Source of the DNA: an uncultured Alphaproteobacteria bacterium
Lineage (GTDB): Bacteria; Pseudomonadota; Alphaproteobacteria; Rhizobiales; Xanthobacteraceae
Direction of reading: 5' to 3'
NCBI GenBank assembly: GCA_963774995.1
Contig: CAVZHJ010000002.1
Span: 61,663-125,662, forward strand
DNA: 64,000 bases
Shown here: in pieces, positions 19,376 to 28,728 of the stretch
Layout: each line of letters starts with the position of its first letter
How positions within the stretch are numbered: the stretch's first letter is position 1
Translations under genes and position numbers: made by a program
The notes under the pieces: generated by a model
The model's database searches: none
What the model was told of the DNA's origin: nothing
Seen by the model: only the letters and a program-made list of their open reading frames with translations

Positions 19376-19846
19376 ATGAAGAAGCTTCGGATCGCAACCA
19401 TCGTCATGTCAGCCGCGGCACTGGCCGTCATCGCCGCGCTTGCGGTGTGGTCGTTCGGGCCCATGACGGCAAACGCCCTCTCCAATCAGATCGGCGAAAT
19501 GGCCGTCGCCTACAACAACGCCCAGCTCGAGCGCGATTTCGAAAAGGTCTATCCGCAATACCGCGCGCGGCTTCCGATCCAGCTGGACGACCGCACGACC
19601 TTGATCGACCTGTCATATCGCGGGCACGTCTTCCGGCTGCGCCATCTGGTGGAGCCGGACAACACCAGGACGGTGGCGGTTGCGATCGGCGAGCGCACAC
19701 GCAAGGCGATGCTGGCCAAGGTTTGCGCGGATGAGGACATGCGCGCCACCATGAAGCGCGGCGCGATCTACGAATTTCAGTATCTCGACAAGCAATCGCG
19801 GCTGCTCGGCAGCTTCGATATCCGCAATGCCGATTGCGATACGTGA
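19376..19846 (+). CDS. Exported hypothetical protein, PA3611/AspS-pilotin-like pattern
   Basis: GGAGA RBS; N-terminal TM/signal; LPIQLD..TTL...VC....MKRGAIYEFQY.D.......C pattern with two Cys. Confidence 0.7.
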   Translation: MKKLRIATIVMSAAALAVIAALAVWSFGPMTANALSNQIGEMAVAYNNAQLERDFEKVYPQYRARLPIQLDDRTTLIDLSYRGHVFRLRHLVEPDNTRTVAVAIGERTRKAMLAKVCADEDMRATMKRGAIYEFQYLDKQSRLLGSFDIRNADCDT

Positions 19847-19885
19847 GGCATTCCAAAGGCTGCATCAACCACGCTGAAGGCACGA

Positions 19886-19910
19886 CCCTCTCCCCGCTTG
19901 CGGGAGCGGT
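19886..19910. repeat. Short palindromic REP-like hairpin
   Basis: ccctctccccgcttgcgggagcggt: cccgc/gcggg stem with ctc/gag flanks. Confidence 0.45.
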
Positions 19911-20058
19911 GAGGTCCGTGACCCGTCACCCCGTGCAGTGCTCGGCTTGGTAAACGGAACCTTGCCGGCCAAATCAGCGGACCGCTCAAATTTTAGCGAT
20001 CCGCTGAACTTCAAAACAAAGCTTCCTCGCCAGGATGACTTCCAGAAACGAGGACGTC

Positions 20059-20238
20059 ATGGGTGAGGCAGAATACTCTCAGCTTCTGGACGCGGTCGGC
20101 GCCGCGATGAAAAACGCGCCCGCTCAGGACTTTCTGAGCGAGGACAAGGATTTCATCTTTGTTCCGGTGGCTGACAACGACAATGACGGCCGCTGGCCGC
20201 ATTTTCCGTTCCCTGAAGGATGGACGGCGTCCTGCTAG
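20059..20238 (+). CDS. Small acidic hypothetical protein
   Basis: GAGGA RBS; 59 aa ending DNDNDGRWPHFPFPEGWTASC. Confidence 0.65.
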   Translation: MGEAEYSQLLDAVGAAMKNAPAQDFLSEDKDFIFVPVADNDNDGRWPHFPFPEGWTASC

Positions 20239-20252
20239 GTTCTGCGTCGCCG

Positions 20253-21668
20253 TCAATTGACGGGCCCCGCACCACCCATCGATTCCATATCCGGCTCCGC
20301 AGGCTTGACGCCCAGCGAGCGGTTCACCAGCATCGTCACCACCCATAACACGACGCCGATGGCGAGCAGCACGCCGGCGATCTGATACTGAAGCATCGTC
20401 CGCCCGGTCCATGGACCGGCAAGGAAAGCGCAGGAAATTGCGCCCAACACCGGCAGATACGTCGGCGTGCGGAAATGGCTATGCGCGACGCTATCCTTGC
20501 GCAACACCAGCACGGCGACGTTGACGACGGTGAACACGCAAAGCAGCAGCAGCGCTGTGGTTCCGCCGAGCGCCGGTACCTCGCCGACGAACGTGATCAG
20601 CGCGAACGCCAGCAACGTCGTGAAGCCAATCGCGATGTAGGGCGTGCGCCGCGTCGCGTGGACTTTGCCAAGCGCCGGCGGCAACACATGCTCGCGGCTC
20701 ATGCCGTAGACGAGGCGGCTCGCCATCAGCATGTTGATGAGCGCGCTGTTGGCGACGGCGAACATGGTAATGAACCCGAAAATCCAGACCGGAAAGTTCG
20801 GCGCGCCGGCCTGAACCACTTTCAAGAGCGGCGTCTCGCCCTCACCGAGTTCTGCCGGCGACACCAGCGTGATCGCCGAGATCGAGACCAGCACGTAGAT
20901 CGTTCCGGTGATGAAGAGCCCGGCAAGCAGCACTTTCGGGAAATGCCTCGTCGGATCCTGGCACTCTTCGGCCATGTTGACCGAATCCTCGAAGCCGACC
21001 ATCGCGAAAAAGGCGAGCGTGGTTGCCGCGATCACCGGCCAGAACAGACCGGTGTCGCCGGCCTTGAACTGGATAACGCGCGAGACATCGCCCTGTCCTG
21101 CGCCAATGGCCCACAGGCCGATAAAGATGATGATCAGCAGCCCGGTCAGTTCGACACAGGTGAGCACGACATTCGCCTTCACACTCTCGCCGACGCCACG
21201 GAAATTCACGGCGGCGACGATCGCCATGAACACGAGACCGGTCATGGTGATACTGAAGGCGGAAAGGTTGAGTCCAAACGCGCTCGACATGTTCGCCGAA
21301 AACGCCCGCGACGCCGTGGACGCCGAGGTGATGCCGGAGCACATGACCGCGAAGGCAACGATGAAGGTGACGAAGTGAATGCCGAACGCCTTGTGGGCGT
21401 AGAGCGCAGCGCCGGCGGCCTTCGGATACTTGGTGACAAGTTCGAGGTAGCTGAATGCAGTGATCAGCGCGACGACGAAAGCGACGAGAAACGGCAGCCA
21501 GACCACGCCGCCGACCTGGTTGGCCACCTGGCCGGTGAGTGCGTAGATGCCGGTGCCGAGGATATCGCCGACGATGAAAAGCAACAGCAGCCACGGGCCC
21601 ATGACCCGGTTCAGGCTCGGTTCGGCGTCGGTCGCGGGTGACGCAGATTTCAACGAGAGATCGGTCAT
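20253..21668 (-). CDS. APC family amino acid permease
   Basis: GDILGTGIY, FFAMVGFE, SRLVYGMSR, RTPY; about 12 TM. Confidence 0.93.
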   Translation of the reverse strand: MTDLSLKSASPATDAEPSLNRVMGPWLLLLFIVGDILGTGIYALTGQVANQVGGVVWLPFLVAFVVALITAFSYLELVTKYPKAAGAALYAHKAFGIHFVTFIVAFAVMCSGITSASTASRAFSANMSSAFGLNLSAFSITMTGLVFMAIVAAVNFRGVGESVKANVVLTCVELTGLLIIIFIGLWAIGAGQGDVSRVIQFKAGDTGLFWPVIAATTLAFFAMVGFEDSVNMAEECQDPTRHFPKVLLAGLFITGTIYVLVSISAITLVSPAELGEGETPLLKVVQAGAPNFPVWIFGFITMFAVANSALINMLMASRLVYGMSREHVLPPALGKVHATRRTPYIAIGFTTLLAFALITFVGEVPALGGTTALLLLCVFTVVNVAVLVLRKDSVAHSHFRTPTYLPVLGAISCAFLAGPWTGRTMLQYQIAGVLLAIGVVLWVVTMLVNRSLGVKPAEPDMESMGGAGPVN

Positions 21669-21846
21669 CGCTCAGCCCCCACATCGCGCTGGCGTCATTG
21701 CCAGCGGACAGCGTAAGGGCTTTCGCCCCAACGCGCCAAGACGATTGGGGTAATGGCTGATCCGCGGTGCGGGGAATTACGAGCGCGAGGTGGAACCGCG
21801 CTCGCTGGTGTGGTGGGCCGAACTTCGGATTCGGGATACTGGGTAG

Positions 21847-22779
21847 CTACGACGCCTTTGCGTATTTGCCGGTCAGCTGCGGCGTCAGGCCTTCAAGCTT
21901 CTTGTCGGCGCGCTCGAGCCGCGTTTCGCGCGACCATGTCCGCTTCAAGGAATCGCTGATCTTGATCCGCAGTTTGCCCAGACCTTCGGTTTCCAGTTCG
22001 ATCTGATCGCCGTCCATAAAGGCGTTCAGGCCGCGATGGTTGGTGCCGGTAGCGAGGATGTCACCGGGATCGAGCGTGTGGATGGCGGTGGCCCATTCGA
22101 TGCAGCGCGGGATCTTGTGCGCCATATCGTCTGTGTTGAAGTTTTGCATCAGCTTGCCGTTGTTCCACAGCTTCACCTGCAGCTTGTGCGGATCGGCGAT
22201 CTCGTCGGCAGTCACGATATAGGGCCCGATCGGCGCAAAGGTGTCGCGCGACTTCATCTGGAAGAAGACTGCACCCGGAGGCGGCAATCCGCGTGCGGAG
22301 CCGTCGATAAAGTTGACGTAGCCGAAGACGTGCTTCATCGCGTCGGCTGCCTTCACATTCGTCGCGCGCTTGCCGATCACGACAGCGACTTCAGCCTCGC
22401 CCTCGAACACCGCGGCCGGCGCATCCGGCAGCACCATGGTGTCGCCGGGACCGATGATCGCGTTCGGCGACTTGGTGAAGGCATTGATCGCCGCCGGCTC
22501 CGTGCGCGTACCGTCTTCCATGTAGTTCACCGCCATACAGACGATATTGCGCGGGCGCGGCAGCGGCGGTCGGATATGGACGCTGCCAACGGGCAAACCC
22601 TTGCCCGATTTCGCGGCAGCTTCCAGCTTTGGGCGCAGCCCATCGAAATGCTCGATGACGCCGGCAATCAGGTCGTGCGGACCAATATGCGGAACAGACT
22701 CCACTGCCGAGGTGACGTCGACCACCTCGTCGCCACGCAGCACACCAAGGCGAAAATCGTTGAAAAACATCAGTTTCAT
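21847..22779 (-). CDS. Fumarylacetoacetate hydrolase family protein
   Basis: VNY, FTKSP, EGEAEVAVVIG, KSRDTFAPIGP, TLDPGDILATGT. Confidence 0.92.
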   Translation of the reverse strand: MKLMFFNDFRLGVLRGDEVVDVTSAVESVPHIGPHDLIAGVIEHFDGLRPKLEAAAKSGKGLPVGSVHIRPPLPRPRNIVCMAVNYMEDGTRTEPAAINAFTKSPNAIIGPGDTMVLPDAPAAVFEGEAEVAVVIGKRATNVKAADAMKHVFGYVNFIDGSARGLPPPGAVFFQMKSRDTFAPIGPYIVTADEIADPHKLQVKLWNNGKLMQNFNTDDMAHKIPRCIEWATAIHTLDPGDILATGTNHRGLNAFMDGDQIELETEGLGKLRIKISDSLKRTWSRETRLERADKKLEGLTPQLTGKYAKAS

Positions 22780-22873
22780 GGGCGCGTTTCCATCCGAAGA
22801 TTATTGGTGACGCATGCTAGCACATGAGCGCATGTATTCGGCAACACCGCGCTGCGAGCAGGCAGCCCCGCCG

Positions 22874-23839
22874 CTACTTGCCGTCGGCGATCAGGCCTTT
22901 GAACTTCTCGATCTCGCGTGGCACGAACGCTTTCAGGTACTCGGGCGTGATCTCGCTTTCCGGCACGACATAGGAACCGAGCGCATCCAGCCGCTTCCGA
23001 TAGTCGGCGTTGGCGACGGCCTTGCGCAACGAGGCATTGAGCCTGGCGATAACCGGCGCCGGCGTATTCCTGGGTGCGAACAGCGCATACCATCCCTGGA
23101 TTTGAAACTCCGGCAGCCCCGCTTCAGTGGAGGTCGGAACATTCGGCAGGCTCGCCAGCCGTGCGCTCGACCCCAGCGCCACGCCCTTTACAAGCCCGCC
23201 CGCAATGGCCTGCGTCGCTGAAGACGCTGAATTGCACAGTCCGTCGATCTGGCCACCGACCAGATCGTTGAGCGCCGGTCCACCGCCGCGATATCCCACC
23301 ATCGTCACGTCGATCCTGGCGGCCTGAATGAAGGTCTTGCAGAACAGATAATTCTGCGAGCCGATGCCCGAATGCCCGATCGTCACCTTGCCCGGATTGG
23401 CTTTTGCAATCGCAATGAATTCGGCCAGCGTGTTGGCGGGCGACTCTTTCTTGATCACGACAACAGCCGAACTGCGGGTGAACAGGCCGATCGGTGCGAA
23501 ATCGTCCGGCGTGAATTTCACCTCAGGATTGAAAAGATAGACCGCGGTGTTGGTGCCGCTGTTGCCGATCGCAATCGTGTAGCCGTCAGGCGGCGATTGC
23601 GTCAGCCGCGTGAGCCCCGACGATCCCCCGGCGCCGGGAACGTTCTCGAGAACGAAGCGCTGACCGAGATCCTGGCCCATATATTCGGAGATCAGCCGCG
23701 CGTTCACGTCCGAACTGCCGCCCGCCGCGAACGGCACGATCATGGTGATCGATCTTGCCGGAAAATCCTGCGCGATGGCGGGACATGAGAGGACGCAAGC
23801 GCCGAACAGTACGCCGGCCCGCAATCTGAACATGCGCAC
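22874..23839 (-). CDS. Bug/TctC family substrate-binding protein (orphan)
   Basis: FPARSITMIVPFAAGGSSD, ENVPGAGG, PDGYT, YRGGGPALNDL; GTG start with GGAGG RBS. Confidence 0.93.
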   Translation of the reverse strand: MRMFRLRAGVLFGACVLSCPAIAQDFPARSITMIVPFAAGGSSDVNARLISEYMGQDLGQRFVLENVPGAGGSSGLTRLTQSPPDGYTIAIGNSGTNTAVYLFNPEVKFTPDDFAPIGLFTRSSAVVVIKKESPANTLAEFIAIAKANPGKVTIGHSGIGSQNYLFCKTFIQAARIDVTMVGYRGGGPALNDLVGGQIDGLCNSASSATQAIAGGLVKGVALGSSARLASLPNVPTSTEAGLPEFQIQGWYALFAPRNTPAPVIARLNASLRKAVANADYRKRLDALGSYVVPESEITPEYLKAFVPREIEKFKGLIADGK

Positions 23840-23933
23840 GACCTTGCCCTCCCTCAGGTACGGATCTGCCGTCGTGGTGCGGCAGATTCACGTCGCAAAG
23901 GCTAGCACCGCACCGATGGCTGCGGAAGCGGCA

Positions 23934-25163
23934 TTACTTTGGTCCGCTGAGGCGGCCGATCAAGAACCAGGTCCGCATCGGTCCCTTGCCGCGCACATCG
24001 ATCGGTCCGCGCTCTTCCAGTTCGAACTTTGTCCTGAGCAACTCATATGTATCCGGCGCGACCTGAATCCTCCCGGCCTCACCGGTCGACTCCATCCGCG
24101 ACGCCGTGTTCACGGCATCGCCCCATACGTCGTAGAAGAATTTACGCGTGCCGACGACGCCGGCTACAACCGCGCCCGAGGCAAGACCGATACGCGCCGG
24201 GATCGCCCGGCCGGTCGGATCGACCAGTCCCTTCAATTCTTCGCGTATCGCAATGGCAAAGTCGGCAAGTGCCGCTGCGTGATCGTCGCGTGGCTGCGGC
24301 ACACCGCTGACGACCAGATATGCGTCGCCGCTGGTCTTGATCTTCTCGAGCCCGTGCCGCTCCACCAGCCGGTCGAGTTGCGTGAAAACGCCGTTCAGAA
24401 AGCGCACGAGATCGTCCGGTGCGACGTTGCCCGCAAGCGACGTAAATCCTGCGAGGTCCACAAACAGCACCGATGCGCCGTCATAGCGATCGGCGATGAC
24501 GGCCCCAGCTTCCTCTTTAAGCCGCTCCGCGACGCTGCTCGGCAGGATGTTCAGCAAAAGTGACTCGGACCGCGCGTACTCGCGCTCCGCCTTTGCTTCA
24601 GCACGCACCACTTCTCGAATGGCATGCCAGACGACCGCCAGCAGGATGGCGCACGTGCCGGTCACGCCCCCAATAAAGTTCAGGAGCATGGTCGAATCCG
24701 ACTGTAACCCGGTGTTCCGCGGGACGAGGATCTCAAGCGTGATCATCAGAGCGACCGCGGATGCTCCGAACAACAGCGCGAAGCGCGCGCGATGGGCATC
24801 GAAGAACAGCAGGGCGACGGCGGCCACGGCGAGATACTGCATCTGCATTCCCGTTGCAGTTCCGAGAAGCGATACGAGGACGAAGATCCCGACATAGGTA
24901 ATCGCGACATAGGCGATCGGTGCAGCGAGCGCGCCGAAGCGGTGCAGCAGGGGAACCGCAGCCAGCAAGACGGTGGCGACTGCGTTGACCAGCGCCGGCT
25001 TCCACATGCCGGGCGTCGGATCGAAAGCCTGCCCGACTGCGTAAAAGCTTCCAAGCAAGGCCGTGCACCACGTCGTCGCGTTGACCACATGCAGGCGTCT
25101 CGCGACCTTCTTCGGATAATCCTGCGTGCCGTAGTCGATCGGCGGAAGCCAACGCCAGCCCAT
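23934..25163 (-). CDS. Membrane-bound class III adenylate cyclase
   Basis: About 6 TM, then LFVDLAGFT, EKIKTSGDAY, FYDVWGDAVNTASRME; Lys/Asp specificity pair indicates ATP. Confidence 0.92.
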   Translation of the reverse strand: MGWRWLPPIDYGTQDYPKKVARRLHVVNATTWCTALLGSFYAVGQAFDPTPGMWKPALVNAVATVLLAAVPLLHRFGALAAPIAYVAITYVGIFVLVSLLGTATGMQMQYLAVAAVALLFFDAHRARFALLFGASAVALMITLEILVPRNTGLQSDSTMLLNFIGGVTGTCAILLAVVWHAIREVVRAEAKAEREYARSESLLLNILPSSVAERLKEEAGAVIADRYDGASVLFVDLAGFTSLAGNVAPDDLVRFLNGVFTQLDRLVERHGLEKIKTSGDAYLVVSGVPQPRDDHAAALADFAIAIREELKGLVDPTGRAIPARIGLASGAVVAGVVGTRKFFYDVWGDAVNTASRMESTGEAGRIQVAPDTYELLRTKFELEERGPIDVRGKGPMRTWFLIGRLSGPK

Positions 25164-25238
25164 TCGAGAGCCCTCGGGTGAGCTCAAGGATCGGCGGCGA
25201 TGCGCACAGCGTCAAGCAGGCAAAGCGCCCCACGTCGC

Positions 25239-25279
25239 GTCTGAAAATATCATGTCTGAAAATGTCATGCCTTGAAAAC
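25239..25279. promoter_or_regulatory. 15-bp tandem direct repeat in a divergent intergenic region (candidate operator)
   Basis: gtctgaaaatatcat 25239-25253, gtctgaaaatgtcat 25254-25268, then degenerate gccttgaaaac. Confidence 0.4.
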
Positions 25280-25374
25280 CGCAAGGCTGCTCGTGTGCGA
25301 TAGGCGGTTGACGCGCACGCACGCGCCGCCCGACAATCGATCCAGAGCCACAAAAGCCAGCCGAGGAAACCGCC

Positions 25375-26292
25375 TTGCCCATCAAATACGAGAAGCGCGC
25401 CGGCGTCGCCTACATCACGCTCAACAATCCCGAGAAGGCCAACATCCTCGACAAGCCGACCTCGGACGCGATCTCGGAGGCCTGGACCGACCTCTGGGAG
25501 GATCGCGACATCCGCTGTGCGATCCTGACCGGCGAAGGCAACCGCCATTTCTGCGGCGGGCACAATCTGGCGCCGCGGCCTGATATCACCGAGGACGACC
25601 GCGAATATCTGCGCACGCAGCGCATCTTCTGGCCGCTCGCCGGCACCGTGCACGGACAAAAGACCGGCGTCGACGGGCGCATGGGGGATCATTACCCGCG
25701 CGTGTGGAAGCCGGTGATCGCCGCGGTCAACGGCTGGGCCGCGGGCGCAGGCCTCTACATCCTGCTGGCCTCGACCGACATCCGCATCGCCAGCGAAGAG
25801 CACGCGCGCTTCAAGTTCGCGCTGACCAGCCAGGGCTGGCTCGGCCACGGGCCCGGCGCAAGCCTGTTGATCAAGCAGCTCCGTTACATCGACGCCATGA
25901 AGATGCTGCTCACCGACGAACCTATCGACGCCCGGGAGGCGCTGCGCGTCGGCCTTATCAACGAGGTCGTCCCGCATGCGCAACTGCTGGAGCGCGCCGA
26001 ACAAATGGCCCGGCAGATCGTCAAGATGCCGCCGGTTGCGCTGCGCATGATGAAGGAATTCGTGGTCCGGTTCGGCGACCTGCCGACCGATCAGGCCTGG
26101 CACATCCAGAACCTCATCAACTCGCTTTTGATCCAGGTGACCATGGACGGCCACGAAGGCCGGCAGGCCTTCAACGAAAAACGCCCGCCGAATTTCACCG
26201 GAACGCTGCGCCAGCGCGGCGAGCCGTGGGACGAGCCGGAAGGCGAGAAGAGGTCGAGGCTGGACGAGGCGTACCGAAGCGGAGAATTCTGA
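25375..26292 (+). CDS. Crotonase (enoyl-CoA hydratase/isomerase) superfamily protein with atypical active site
   Basis: ITLNNPEKAN, ILTGEG-RHFCGG, KPVIAAVNGWAAGAG, AREALRVGLINEVVP; TTG start with GAGGA RBS. Confidence 0.9.
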   Translation: MPIKYEKRAGVAYITLNNPEKANILDKPTSDAISEAWTDLWEDRDIRCAILTGEGNRHFCGGHNLAPRPDITEDDREYLRTQRIFWPLAGTVHGQKTGVDGRMGDHYPRVWKPVIAAVNGWAAGAGLYILLASTDIRIASEEHARFKFALTSQGWLGHGPGASLLIKQLRYIDAMKMLLTDEPIDAREALRVGLINEVVPHAQLLERAEQMARQIVKMPPVALRMMKEFVVRFGDLPTDQAWHIQNLINSLLIQVTMDGHEGRQAFNEKRPPNFTGTLRQRGEPWDEPEGEKRSRLDEAYRSGEF

Positions 26293-26295
26293 ACG

Positions 26296-27123
26296 ATGGA
26301 TGTCGCGGGAAAAACGGCTTTCATCACGGGCTCGACCGACGGCGTCGGCCGTTATGTGGCGTTGCAGCTTGCAGCTCAGGGCGCAAATCTTCTGATCCAC
26401 GGCCGCGATGAAGCCCGCGCCAGGTACGTTGTTGACGAGATCAAGCGCACGGGCAAAGGCAAGGCGGCCTTCTACCAGGCCGATCTGTCCTCGCTTGCCG
26501 AGGCGCGCAAGCTCGCCGATCGCGTCAAGGCCGACCACAGGCGGCTTGATATCTTCATCAGCAATGCGGGCATCGGCTCGCGCAACATGGGGCCGGAACG
26601 CCGCGTCAGCACCGATGGACACGAGCTGCGCTTTGCGGTGAATTACCTGCCGGGCTTTCTGCTCGCCTATCAGTTGCTGCCGATCATCAAGGCTGCCGCA
26701 CCGTCCCGCATCATCAACGTCGCTTCCCTCGGACAGGCGCCGCTCGACTTTGACGACGTGATGCTGACGAAAGGCTATGATGGCGTCCGGGCCTATTCCC
26801 AAAGCAAGCTGTCGCAGATCATGTTCACGGTCGATCTCGCGGAAGAGCTGAAGGGAAGCGGGGTCACCGTCAACTCGCTGCACCCTGCCACGTACATGAA
26901 TACGACCATGGTGCGCGCCGGCGGCGCGACGCCGATGAGCACGGTCGAGGAAGGCGGCGCGGCGATCCTGCATCTCGCCACCGGCGACGATATGGCGGGA
27001 CGCAGCGGCCTGTTCTTCAACGGCATGAAGGAAGCCCGCGCGAACGCGCAAGCCTACGACGCAGCCGCGCGCAAGAAGCTGCGCGATCTCAGTCTGAAAC
27101 TGACCGGCCCTTTCATGGCTTGA
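26296..27123 (+). CDS. Short-chain dehydrogenase/reductase
   Basis: TGSTDGVG, SNAG, YSQSK catalytic motif. Confidence 0.93.
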   Translation: MDVAGKTAFITGSTDGVGRYVALQLAAQGANLLIHGRDEARARYVVDEIKRTGKGKAAFYQADLSSLAEARKLADRVKADHRRLDIFISNAGIGSRNMGPERRVSTDGHELRFAVNYLPGFLLAYQLLPIIKAAAPSRIINVASLGQAPLDFDDVMLTKGYDGVRAYSQSKLSQIMFTVDLAEELKGSGVTVNSLHPATYMNTTMVRAGGATPMSTVEEGGAAILHLATGDDMAGRSGLFFNGMKEARANAQAYDAAARKKLRDLSLKLTGPFMA

Positions 27124-27172
27124 GCGCACCTGATAGGGCTAATCGACCAACAAGAGCATTTGGGGGAACGTC

Positions 27173-27811
27173 ATGATCTATGAGTTACGAACCTACACCG
27201 TGAAGCCCGGCACGATCGGCGAGATGGTCAAGGCGGCGAGCACCGTCTCGCGCGAAGTCCGCGGGGACAACTACGGCAAGCTCGAAGGCTACTGGTCGAC
27301 CGAGATCGGCCCGCTCAATCAGGTCATGCATCTGTGGAGCTACAGCGACCTCAACGAGCGCTCGAGATTGCGCGGCGAACTCGCCAGGAACGCACGCTGG
27401 AACGCCGAGTACGTCCCGCTGATCCGCCCGTTACTCGCACGTCAGGATATTCGCCTGCTCAATGCCGTGAAGGAGCCCGTTGCGCCTGCGTCGACCGGCA
27501 ACATCTACGAGTTCCGCTACTATCGCGCCAAGACCGGTGGTGCGGTCAGGCAGTGGCTCGACCTTTATACCGCGGTGCTCCCGCATCGGGAGAAGTACTC
27601 GAAAATTGTCGGGCTCTGGCAGACCGAGGCCGGGCAGCCGAACGAGATTTGCCACATCTGGGCCTATCCCGACCTGAATGCGCGCGCGGCCGCCCGCGGA
27701 AACGCCCTGAAAGATCCGGCGTGGCAGGAGTTTCTCAAGAGCAGCTCGTCGCTGCTGGAGGAGATGAACTCGACCATCATGCTGCCCGCGCCGCACTCTC
27801 CGCTGAAGTAG
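27173..27811 (+). CDS. NIPSNAP family protein (two domains)
   Basis: Duplicated IYELRTY...G-W-TE-G--N---H-W-Y-D...R motif. Confidence 0.9.
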   Translation: MIYELRTYTVKPGTIGEMVKAASTVSREVRGDNYGKLEGYWSTEIGPLNQVMHLWSYSDLNERSRLRGELARNARWNAEYVPLIRPLLARQDIRLLNAVKEPVAPASTGNIYEFRYYRAKTGGAVRQWLDLYTAVLPHREKYSKIVGLWQTEAGQPNEICHIWAYPDLNARAAARGNALKDPAWQEFLKSSSSLLEEMNSTIMLPAPHSPLK

Positions 27812-27815
27812 TGCA

Positions 27816-28688
27816 ATGCCTGCGCCCCGCTCGTTGATAACAACCGAACAGCTGGCCGCTGCTATCGGCCAGGCGAATTTGAGAATCTTCGACTGCACGA
27901 CCTATCTCGAGCCGATGCCGCCCGGCAGCGACGCCCCATACGCCGCCGTACCGGGCCGGCACACCTTCGAGGCAGGTCACATCCCCGGCGCTGATTTTCT
28001 CGATCTGCAGGGCGAGTTTTCCGATCGCTCAACCAAACTGCGCTTCATGATGCCGGCGATCGGCCAGCTCGAGGAAGCATTTGGACGCCACGGCGTCGGG
28101 CAGGACTCGAGGGTCGTGCTCTACAGCATCGGCACCAGCATGTGGGCGACCCGGTTCTGGTGGATGCTGCGATCGCTCGGCTTCGACGCAGCGGTCCTCG
28201 ACGGCGGCTTCGACAAATGGCAGGCGGAAGGACGCTCGGTCGAGCGCGGTCGTGCTTCCGGCTATCCGACCGCATCTTTCAAGGCCGCGCCGTCGCACGG
28301 CTATTTCGTCGACAAATCAGCGGTGCTCGCCGCGATCGGCAATCCTGGGAGTGTGGTTGTGAACGCGCTCGGCCCGCAATTTCATCGTGGTCAGGAGCCG
28401 GGCCGGTACGGCCGGCCTGGTCGAATCCCCGGCAGCGTCAATGTTTCGGCGGCGACGCTTTTCGACCCCGACAGCAAGACCTTTGTCGGCCTTGCCGACG
28501 CGCGAGAAAAATTCGAGCAGCAGGGCGTGACCAAGGACAAGAAGATCATCTGCTATTGCGGCGGCGGCATCTCGGCGACGATCGACCTCTTCATGCTGCA
28601 TCAACTCGGTTATGACGAGGTGACGCTCTACGATGCGTCGATGGGTGAATGGGCCAGGGATCCGACCCTGCCGATCGAAACCGGTTGA
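27816..28688 (+). CDS. Rhodanese / 3-mercaptopyruvate sulfurtransferase family protein
   Basis: GHIPGA, VLDGG, GRIPGS, active-site loop YCGGGISA, LYDASMGEW. Confidence 0.92.
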   Translation: MPAPRSLITTEQLAAAIGQANLRIFDCTTYLEPMPPGSDAPYAAVPGRHTFEAGHIPGADFLDLQGEFSDRSTKLRFMMPAIGQLEEAFGRHGVGQDSRVVLYSIGTSMWATRFWWMLRSLGFDAAVLDGGFDKWQAEGRSVERGRASGYPTASFKAAPSHGYFVDKSAVLAAIGNPGSVVVNALGPQFHRGQEPGRYGRPGRIPGSVNVSAATLFDPDSKTFVGLADAREKFEQQGVTKDKKIICYCGGGISATIDLFMLHQLGYDEVTLYDASMGEWARDPTLPIETG

Positions 28689-28728
28689 GGCTCCTGCGCC
28701 GCTCGTCGATCGAGCGCAATAATTCCGG

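Noticed and set aside
17143-20238. Serpin / small-ORF region as a genomic island or prophage remnant
   Set aside because: No integrase, transposase, tRNA, att-like repeats or obvious compositional shift seen
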